From positions 1 to 64,000 of the IMG/VR virus record IMGVR_UViG_3300025082_002887: a stretch of 64,000 nt of DNA; one strand, given 5' to 3'. This DNA is from a virus. The position numbers and the translations under genes are program-made. The notes under the pieces are model-generated. The model did not search any database, was not told the DNA's origin, and saw only the letters and a list, made by a program, of their open reading frames with translations. Below are positions 1-7,602 of the stretch, piece after piece (the first letter of the stretch is position 1; the number at the start of each line of letters is the position of its first letter).

Positions 1-20
1 GAGCGCGCTCACAGAAAGAA

Positions 21-1259
21 ATGGCAGCAGCTGCGGCGGAGTCTTCGCGGCGCGCCGAAGAAAAAGCGAGCAAAGCTGCAGAAGCGCGCATCAAGGCTCG
101 CGAACGTTTTTGTAAGAGAAAACCTCAAGTATGCGCTGATCAAGAAAAATTGGCGAATTTGCAAAAGATGCACACCCCAGAGAAACTTCCCGGAGTCATG
201 CTACCAGCAATGGCATATGGGATCCAGACGGACGAGGCACAGGATCAAGCTCTCATGATGCTGAGTATGGTCGAACCAACTGGTATCATGTCCTACGTCG
301 ACGTCCAAGATGCTTATATAAACATGGTAAATGACCGCACAGCCGCTAGCGCAGGATGGCTCATTGTTGCAATATTGTCCGCCATCCCAGGCCTGGGTAA
401 AACAATGGCCCCCATAAAAGCAGCGAAACTAGCTAGGATAAAAAAAGCAATTGCTAGGGCCGAAAAAATTGCAAGAAGATCAAAAAAAACCAAAGCCTTT
501 CCAAGTGTTCAAATTGAAAGAGCCATACCTGCGGCACGTGCGGAAATAGCAGAATTACAGGAATATACGGACATTTTCCAGCAACACATGGTTGATAATA
601 TACCAATCGATAAAGTAACGGCCCTAAGAATAATTGAAAAGTTTCCAAGCCTAAAAGTGACAAATAAAGCAGTATACAGGGGGATGAGAGTTGACGCTAA
701 TTTTATTAAGAAAAACTTTGGAGATGATGTTTTTCGCACGTGCTGTAGTGGGGATCCGGGTACGTATGTGTTAGAAGTTAACACTACACTCAAGCCAAGA
801 TCAAAGTCTGGTACCTCTTCGTGGAGTCTTGATCCCGGTGAGGGGGACCTCTGGGCGAAGGGGTACGTCAGGGACCCCAAAGACAAGCCGTATGAAATTC
901 TTTATATGGGCGGCGGGAAAAACAGCAAAGGTCTTAACATTACCAAAGCCGCGAAAGACATGGGACATCCCATGGCATCTCAAGATTTCGCAGAAGTCTC
1001 AATGATTGGCCCGGTTGGTGTTAAAAAAGTAGTAATAGTTAACAATGCCCCAAAGGGCGGCACGCGGCCGCGCTCTATTTATGCGGTGGAAAAGCAGGCT
1101 AAGCAGAAGCACAGAGTTCCGGGAGCGAAAGCAATCGACCTCCCAGCCGGCTTTTATCCTGCGGGCAGTAGAAAAGAGATATTAAAATTAATCGGAGTAC
1201 CTACCTCGCTAAAAGAAAGTATTGTAAAAAAACAACTAATTAGAGTGAGGATAGCATGA
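21..1259 (+). CDS. Putative effector: pre-toxin-like hydrophobic module plus C-terminal ADP-ribosyltransferase-like domain (probably 5'-truncated by the window)
   Basis: The frame is open upstream of ATG21 to the window edge. R-S-E-type ART motifs: AVYRGM, TSSWS, FAEV. The module EPTGIMSYVDVQDAY...AILSAIPGLGK is shared with the next ORF. Confidence 0.55.
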   Translation: MAAAAAESSRRAEEKASKAAEARIKARERFCKRKPQVCADQEKLANLQKMHTPEKLPGVMLPAMAYGIQTDEAQDQALMMLSMVEPTGIMSYVDVQDAYINMVNDRTAASAGWLIVAILSAIPGLGKTMAPIKAAKLARIKKAIARAEKIARRSKKTKAFPSVQIERAIPAARAEIAELQEYTDIFQQHMVDNIPIDKVTALRIIEKFPSLKVTNKAVYRGMRVDANFIKKNFGDDVFRTCCSGDPGTYVLEVNTTLKPRSKSGTSSWSLDPGEGDLWAKGYVRDPKDKPYEILYMGGGKNSKGLNITKAAKDMGHPMASQDFAEVSMIGPVGVKKVVIVNNAPKGGTRPRSIYAVEKQAKQKHRVPGAKAIDLPAGFYPAGSRKEILKLIGVPTSLKESIVKKQLIRVRIA

Positions 1260-2524
1260 AAATGAAACTCCTACTTGAAAATTGGCGAAAATTCTTGGAC
1301 GAAGAAAGAAAAGCACAAGAATTATTAAAAGAAGAGACCAGTTGTCCGCCCAACCAAATAGCCCTCCCAGACGGAACGTGTTTCCGTGACCCCTTGCACG
1401 TGGCGTCGCCTGACAGCATGCGGTCCGGGCCCGAAATTAAGGCCGTACGCGGCAGGGAGATGTCATCGAAGAAGGCGGCAGACAAGACAAAAGCAGCGCT
1501 AACTAGAGACAAAATGAAACGAGCGCACCATCGAATGTCTGGAGGGCCCTCCACGCCCGAAGCAAAAGAAGTCGCGCGAGTTGTAGCCAGTATGGGCGAT
1601 CCAACTGGTGTTTTGTCATACCCTGATGTAAAAGATGCCTACATGGACTATCAAAACAACCCATCAAAAGCTTCCATGGGCTGGCTCTTTGTTGCAATAG
1701 TAGCTGCGATTCCAATTGTTGGGTACACAGTGAAACCCCTTAAGGTTGCAAGATTAGCAAAGCTAACCAAAACGGTTAATAAGGCAGACGCCGCCTTTAC
1801 CGCCGCCGTCAAAGCCAAAAAACCGGGTGCGCTACAGGCGCAGAAGATGATGGCCGCACGCACCGGAAAGAGCGCCGAAGGAGCCCAAGTTGCGAGTAAA
1901 ACCGCCCGGATCAGCGGAGATCTCATGAAAGTTGAAAGAATCGAAGCAATGGTCATGGGCCACGGCCAATCATATGTAATCGTGAAAACAAAAGACGGGC
2001 CCATGGCGTTCTATAAATCTTCAGCGACTGCGTACTCGGATATGGGCAGCCCATGGATACCTATGTTTGGAGTGAATGGAGGCAATGATTTTATGAAACT
2101 AAGTGGCGCACATAAAGACGCTCTCGAATTCGTTGCGAAAGGTAAAAAGCTGAAAGGCAAATATGCCGTAGAAGGCTCTGAAATCAATAATATTGGGAAA
2201 GCGCTGGAGAAGCAAGGCGCGTTCAAGGGCGCGCCTCGGGGTTACAACAGCGTTTCACATTTTTTATCTGATAATATAAACTCCTTGCGGTCGGGAATGT
2301 CCATGGAACAAATAGTCGCACAATTAAACAGAGGTTTGAGAAAAATGGGCCGAGGGGAACTTAACCTACAAACCGTGGAGAATGTGGGGATAAATCTGCA
2401 TCTAAAACTCCATGGCGTCAACACAAAATTAACAGGTATGGCTGGATCTGGAATTCCGGGTGTCAATTCGGTGATTAATCAAAGCGACTTCATTGAAGCG
2501 CTAAATCTGGGAAGGGGAAGATGA
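1256..2524 (+). CDS. MKLLxENWRK-leader protein with pre-toxin-like module and unknown C-terminal domain
   Basis: GAGG SD and ATGA overlap. Leader MKMKLLLENWRKFLDE. DPTGVLSYPDVKDAY...AIVAAIPIVG is paralogous to ORF 21..1259, but the C-terminus (MAFYKSS...WIPMFG) is different. Confidence 0.6.
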   Translation: MKMKLLLENWRKFLDEERKAQELLKEETSCPPNQIALPDGTCFRDPLHVASPDSMRSGPEIKAVRGREMSSKKAADKTKAALTRDKMKRAHHRMSGGPSTPEAKEVARVVASMGDPTGVLSYPDVKDAYMDYQNNPSKASMGWLFVAIVAAIPIVGYTVKPLKVARLAKLTKTVNKADAAFTAAVKAKKPGALQAQKMMAARTGKSAEGAQVASKTARISGDLMKVERIEAMVMGHGQSYVIVKTKDGPMAFYKSSATAYSDMGSPWIPMFGVNGGNDFMKLSGAHKDALEFVAKGKKLKGKYAVEGSEINNIGKALEKQGAFKGAPRGYNSVSHFLSDNINSLRSGMSMEQIVAQLNRGLRKMGRGELNLQTVENVGINLHLKLHGVNTKLTGMAGSGIPGVNSVINQSDFIEALNLGRGR

Positions 2525-3951
2525 AACTTTTATTTGAAAATTGGCGGAAATATCTATTAATCGAGCGCTATTCAATTGAAGATGGAATGGAAGCGATTAA
2601 GCCCACCAACAAAAAAATGCGCAAGGTCTATAAAAGATACAACAATCAAACTTGGCATTGGGAAGTTGAGCGTGGCTGGATTGATCCTAAAGAAGAGCCA
2701 CCGCCTGCCGTACCAGAAGAAAAAATAAACAAGGCGGCATACGGATACAGAACGTATATATTTGAAGTAATACCGCAAGATATTGGGAGACGATACTCAG
2801 ATGGACGCACCGTGCCAGAAAATAAAAGAAAAGAAGTAGCCGATCAAAATCAAGGCCTTGCTGTCATGTGGATTCGTAAGCTTTCTATAAAGGATCCAAA
2901 GTTAGCTAGAGACATTATAGACGGTGAAATAACATATTCTGGCCGCGGACATGGCGACACCCCATATTCAGACATCATGCCCGACCTTGAAATTTACTTC
3001 CAAAACCTCGATTTAATGCCCAAAAGAAATTTAATAGAGCTTGAGTCATTTGATGAGTTACATCAAATGGTAGAAGAAGCAAAAGAAGAAATTTATGCTC
3101 GGCAAGAAAAGAAACAATATCTCGACGCAGAAGAAGGTACAAAAATTTTAAGCGGCAAAATGGTACCCAACGAAGAGACTGGAAAGTTAGAAAGGAGCCC
3201 GGGTAAAAATGGGTGGTTTATCGCAGAGATCCATAACAAGGGCGCCGCCTGTGAGCTAGGAAAAGGAACAGATTGGTGCACTGCAACAGACTTAGACTTT
3301 TTTGATGAATATTATGAACCTGATGATCCGCTGTTTTTCTTTGAAGGCTTCTGGACAGACCCCAGTACAAGATTTCAATTTCATTATGGGTCAGAATCAT
3401 TTATGGATGCGGGAGATAGGCCTGTAAATAAAGAAACATTCAAGACCCTTCACAGCTTGCTTATGCAAACAGAAGCACCAGAGAAATATCAAGTTGTACA
3501 AGACAAACAATATGAGATAATAGCCGGAGATTCAGACACGCCGGCAGAAGAGCTAAATAAAATAATTGAGCTATATTTGCAACGAAGGTCATCAGGATGG
3601 GGCTCAAATATAATCGAAAAAGTTGCAAAAAACGCTAAAACGCCATTAGAATCCCTTAAAAAACTATATCACTCAACTGACAATAAATATATTACTAGAA
3701 GTATTCAAGTTAACCCTGTTATTGATTTCGCGCTAGCAAAAGAGATTCTTATGTCAAACCCTAAAGACGAACTTATATATGCACGAGGGATAAAGCAAAT
3801 GACAGGTTATAAGCGTTGGGGTATATCGTTCGAAGAAGTTAATAAAATAATTAACGCCGTCGAAGCGGCCAGAAATTACGAGCCACGCCAAATCCCGCAA
3901 GAAGTTGCAAACCTATATGAACACAAACTCAAAATAAGGATAAAAAGATGA
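2521..3951 (+). CDS. MKLLFENWRK-leader protein with GTxWC (PcfJ-like) domain and short helical (LRV-like) repeats
   Basis: Leader MKLLFENWRKYLLIE. AACELGKGTDWCTA...RFQFH...FMDAGD. C-terminal TPAEELNKI / NAKTPLESLKKL repeats. Confidence 0.55.
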   Translation: MKLLFENWRKYLLIERYSIEDGMEAIKPTNKKMRKVYKRYNNQTWHWEVERGWIDPKEEPPPAVPEEKINKAAYGYRTYIFEVIPQDIGRRYSDGRTVPENKRKEVADQNQGLAVMWIRKLSIKDPKLARDIIDGEITYSGRGHGDTPYSDIMPDLEIYFQNLDLMPKRNLIELESFDELHQMVEEAKEEIYARQEKKQYLDAEEGTKILSGKMVPNEETGKLERSPGKNGWFIAEIHNKGAACELGKGTDWCTATDLDFFDEYYEPDDPLFFFEGFWTDPSTRFQFHYGSESFMDAGDRPVNKETFKTLHSLLMQTEAPEKYQVVQDKQYEIIAGDSDTPAEELNKIIELYLQRRSSGWGSNIIEKVAKNAKTPLESLKKLYHSTDNKYITRSIQVNPVIDFALAKEILMSNPKDELIYARGIKQMTGYKRWGISFEEVNKIINAVEAARNYEPRQIPQEVANLYEHKLKIRIKR

Positions 3952-5645
3952 AACTACTATTTGAAAATTGGCGAAAATTTATAAAAGAAGATATAACTGA
4001 TTTAGCTTCTCGCCGGCGCGGTAGTGAAAAAGAATTCGTACGCGTTTTTAATGAAGACCAACTTGGCCAACTTAATAATTCAATTGCTAAAATCGTAGAA
4101 ACAGCAAAACAAAAGCTTGGTGCTGAAGGTGATATTCCATATTTTGATCCAAACTCTTTAGAAAAAGTTGAATTAGCAGAGCCACTAAAAATGGTTGCAG
4201 AACAAACTGATGAAGAACTTGGCATCACACCTTTTCAATCCTCTCAGGCTTCTCCTGAGCGAATGGCCTTGAGAAAACAATACCATGGACCAGAAGGCGA
4301 ATTAGCCAAACATGGTCCGAGAGCAGTTAAAAATCTAGAAAAAGGCATTGGTCAAATGTCGCCAGAAGAATTCGAAGAAGCGGGATATGTTATTAAAGTT
4401 CCTCAAAGCGTTCTAGATGATTTTGCTCAATTAGTTGAAAGCACAAAAGAAACAGATGGACTATATGAAGAGGCAAAAGATTGGTATCACAATATTCGTG
4501 GACTCCTCGACAAAGAAACAGAAGACGACAGAGATTCCGCTTTGTTGGGATTATTAATTGCAACTTACTCTCCACGAGCTAAATTTGCTTTAAACTTGGC
4601 CGAAGCTGTTTTTATGTACAAGGCGGTTCAAAAGGATGCCTCTGAAAACCCAGAAGCGCTTAAAAATTATCTTGAAACATTCCCTGGTGCAGAAAAAAGA
4701 GAGCCCGGAGAATTTCGAGGATTTACTGGGGCTCACAAAGTTCCAAATTTTGCTCTCAATCTCGTAGCTCCTGATTTGGCTGGAAAAAGAGAGGAATTGG
4801 GAGACGTCGTTTATAACGATCTTTATGAATGGAATTCAACAATTGACACATGGATGATTGATGCGTTTTATCCTTCTCTCCGCAAAGCTTCTACAGCAAA
4901 AGAATGGGAAGCAATTAAAGGCAAACTAATGTCAAATGTTGTTTCTTATCGACATATGGCTGGATTAGTTGCCAAAGAAGCAAAAAAATTAAATTTAATT
5001 CCTCACCAATTGCAAGCACTTATTTGGGTAGCCTCACAAATACGACAAACTGGCGAAGCTGGTCTTGGCGTAACAACACAATTCGCTTTTGATCAGATTA
5101 GAGAGTCAATTAGAAATATTGCCGAGATCAACAATGACCTAGAGGCACTTAAAAATTTAGAAGAAGAAGATTGGCTAGGAACAATTATCGACACCATTGA
5201 TAGAAGCGGATTTGAAGAGGCTTCAAAATATACTCTGGGGATGAAAGATGAAAAAGGCAAAATAACAACTCCAGGAATCCGAAGCATCACCGCAAGTGGC
5301 AAAAAAGGCTCAGCGTTTGAATATTTTCCTGCACCAGAAAAAGTAGAAAAACCAAAAGGACCAGCAAAGCCAAAAGGGCCGCCAAAAGAAAAAGTAATGA
5401 AGCCGCATCAAGATCCTCAATACGAAGGCTTAAATACACACTATGTGATGAACAATGTTATTCAAATGCCAACTGGTAAATTTAATAATTTATACGATTC
5501 AGTTACCCTATATTTAGATCCTGAATTTTCTACCGACAAAGCAGTTGAACATATTTTAGGAAGGTTCGACCCAGAAGCAAAAGCTAGCAAAGATTACTTT
5601 ACTGAAAATTTAAAACACTTTAAAGTTACAATAGGAAAAAAATAA
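3948..5645 (+). CDS. MKLLFENWRK-leader protein with HhH-GPD DNA-glycosylase-like domain
   Basis: Leader MKLLFENWRKFIKE. Motifs DWYH, ATYSPR, HKVPNF, TIDTWM and QLQALIW follow the pattern of phage HhH-glycosylase-like proteins. Confidence 0.5.
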   Translation: MKLLFENWRKFIKEDITDLASRRRGSEKEFVRVFNEDQLGQLNNSIAKIVETAKQKLGAEGDIPYFDPNSLEKVELAEPLKMVAEQTDEELGITPFQSSQASPERMALRKQYHGPEGELAKHGPRAVKNLEKGIGQMSPEEFEEAGYVIKVPQSVLDDFAQLVESTKETDGLYEEAKDWYHNIRGLLDKETEDDRDSALLGLLIATYSPRAKFALNLAEAVFMYKAVQKDASENPEALKNYLETFPGAEKREPGEFRGFTGAHKVPNFALNLVAPDLAGKREELGDVVYNDLYEWNSTIDTWMIDAFYPSLRKASTAKEWEAIKGKLMSNVVSYRHMAGLVAKEAKKLNLIPHQLQALIWVASQIRQTGEAGLGVTTQFAFDQIRESIRNIAEINNDLEALKNLEEEDWLGTIIDTIDRSGFEEASKYTLGMKDEKGKITTPGIRSITASGKKGSAFEYFPAPEKVEKPKGPAKPKGPPKEKVMKPHQDPQYEGLNTHYVMNNVIQMPTGKFNNLYDSVTLYLDPEFSTDKAVEHILGRFDPEAKASKDYFTENLKHFKVTIGKK

Positions 5646-5652
5646 CTATTTA
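5645..5652 (+). promoter_or_regulatory. Candidate phage late promoter motif ACTATTTA
   Basis: Intergenic, 7 nt before ATG5660. Same or similar motif at 1235, 6089, 13610, 14756, 18805 and 55568. Confidence 0.5.
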
Positions 5653-5659
5653 ATATATA

Positions 5660-7588
5660 ATGCCTTGTACTATTAACAATAATACTTCCAATGACCTTTC
5701 TCAATTGGAAGATCTAACTCAAAAATTAGTTCCTTTTGCACAAAAGCAGATAGGCTTTAATCGACCACCCACAATTAATTTTGATGATGATGAGAAAAAT
5801 GCAGCCAATCCTCTCGGAAGGACTGCTCAATACGATCCTTCAAATATGGAAATTATTGTCTTTGTTACAGGGCGCCACACAAAAGATATTCTGCGCTCAA
5901 TTGCACACGAGCTAGTTCACCATGGCCAAAATCTAAGAGGAGAATTTAGCAAGCCCATATCCACTAAATTAGGCTATGCACAAAACGACGAGCATTTACG
6001 AGGAATGGAGCGCGAAGCGTACGAAACTGGTAATCTTTGTTTTCGAGATTGGGAAGACGGAATAAAACAGCAATTACCACTATATGAAACTATTTATAAA
6101 GAATCTCTTATAGGAGGAGACAATATGTCGATTAAAGACTGGAAAGATAAAGAGCTTAATAATCTTTTAATGGATAAATGGGGATATAAGCCACAACCTG
6201 AAAAGAAGATTGAGGAAGGAATTCCAACAACCGTAGTCAATGATTACGAAACTGGAGAAATTCATTTTGGCGAAGACGAGGATGATGAGGACGGCGATGA
6301 TGAGGACGAAGAGTCTAGTAGTCAATTACATTTAAACCCTCAAGACCCAGAATTTCGAGAAAAAGCCTCTTTATCAGAAAGTGTACAAAAATCATCTATG
6401 ATACATGAAGATCTCCCACCCAGCCTGAGAGGCCGCGGCGCCGGAGATGACGAAGCAACGAAACTTCGCGATAGCATTGCTGATATTAAGAGCGGTGGAG
6501 GAGACCAAGCAACGAAACTTCGCGATAGCATTGCTGATATTAAGAGCGGTGGAGGAGACCAAGCAACGAAACTTCGCGATAGCATTGCTGATATTAAGAG
6601 CGGGAACCAGGGTTCCCGGTCCGGGTCAGGGTGCCAATCATCAAGGTGTATGAAAGAAAGACTCGGACAGCTGCCCTCCGATCGGCCAGCCGCTGAACCT
6701 GAAGATGTTGCAGAAGAAAGAGACGTTGTGGATACAATAAAAGACATTGGCGGAGTTGCCCTTGACATTCTCGGCCTCGGCGGTCTTTTTGGCGAAGATG
6801 ATACGGCCGCCGAAGTCAAAGAAAAAGTATCAAAATTTGACCCAGAAACGGCACAAAGATTGAAAGATAAAATAGCTTCTATCAAAGTGGGACAGTCCTT
6901 GCCGGGGAAAGTCGGCAGACTACCCGACGCAGAATGGACAGAAGTCTCGGGACCCGGAGCAGATCCCGGAACGGGCACTGGTGCTGTTTCTTCCGGCGGG
7001 GCTGCACTTCATGTTGATTCTGGTGCCGGCTATTTAAATTTATGGAAAAAATTAACAGGCGTTGAACAAGGGGCTTTCCAAAATAATTGGAGAACTTTCC
7101 GTCAATATATGAGAATGGTTGTTGGCGCCGGTCAACAGGCTCGCCCAATGTTGAGAACTAGCGTAGATTACAGACCAATGCTAAGCCAAGCAATCAGTAT
7201 GAGTCAACGAGGAGCCCATGTGCCTTCTAAATTCAAAGGAGCATGGAAAAAGAAAAAGACTCCCAAACGAGTAGATATACGCGCACAGCCAGGACCTAAA
7301 TCTTATATTAGCCCATCCCCGTGGGATGCCACGCCCGAAAAAGAAATGGGAGAATTTAAAGGGATGGACTATGAAAATGCTGCAAGTGCCTACGAACAAG
7401 CTTTAGAACGAGCCAATCTCGCGGCTAAAACAGGAACAACAGTCCAAGGCCAAACTGCTGAATGGTGGCGAGAATTCGCCTCAAAAATTGCACAAGGCAC
7501 AGACCTTGAAGAAGAACAGCCTATTTCACAATTTGGAGAAGTGCCCGGCACCAAATCACAATGGCAAGCATGGCTAGGCCAGCCATAA
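5660..7588 (+). CDS. Zincin metallopeptidase domain fused to a long low-complexity/repeat region
   Basis: RSIAHELVHHGQ (HExxH) with a downstream EREAY glutamate, an acidic tract and a threefold 18-aa repeat. Probable internal start at 6125. Confidence 0.65.
   Translation: MPCTINNNTSNDLSQLEDLTQKLVPFAQKQIGFNRPPTINFDDDEKNAANPLGRTAQYDPSNMEIIVFVTGRHTKDILRSIAHELVHHGQNLRGEFSKPISTKLGYAQNDEHLRGMEREAYETGNLCFRDWEDGIKQQLPLYETIYKESLIGGDNMSIKDWKDKELNNLLMDKWGYKPQPEKKIEEGIPTTVVNDYETGEIHFGEDEDDEDGDDEDEESSSQLHLNPQDPEFREKASLSESVQKSSMIHEDLPPSLRGRGAGDDEATKLRDSIADIKSGGGDQATKLRDSIADIKSGGGDQATKLRDSIADIKSGNQGSRSGSGCQSSRCMKERLGQLPSDRPAAEPEDVAEERDVVDTIKDIGGVALDILGLGGLFGEDDTAAEVKEKVSKFDPETAQRLKDKIASIKVGQSLPGKVGRLPDAEWTEVSGPGADPGTGTGAVSSGGAALHVDSGAGYLNLWKKLTGVEQGAFQNNWRTFRQYMRMVVGAGQQARPMLRTSVDYRPMLSQAISMSQRGAHVPSKFKGAWKKKKTPKRVDIRAQPGPKSYISPSPWDATPEKEMGEFKGMDYENAASAYEQALERANLAAKTGTTVQGQTAEWWREFASKIAQGTDLEEEQPISQFGEVPGTKSQWQAWLGQP
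6453..6603 (+). repeat. In-frame 54-nt tandem repeat, ~2.8 identical copies (ATKLRDSIADIKSGGGDQ)
   Basis: The unit aagcaacgaaacttcgcgatagcattgctgatattaagagcggtggaggagacc starts at 6453, 6507 and 6561 (last copy partial). Confidence 0.95.
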
Positions 7589-7602
7589 CAAAGAAGGACT
7601 TT

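Noticed and set aside
6453-6603. Possible CRISPR array
   Set aside because: The repeats are contiguous with no unique spacers, are a multiple of 3 and lie in frame within a CDS.
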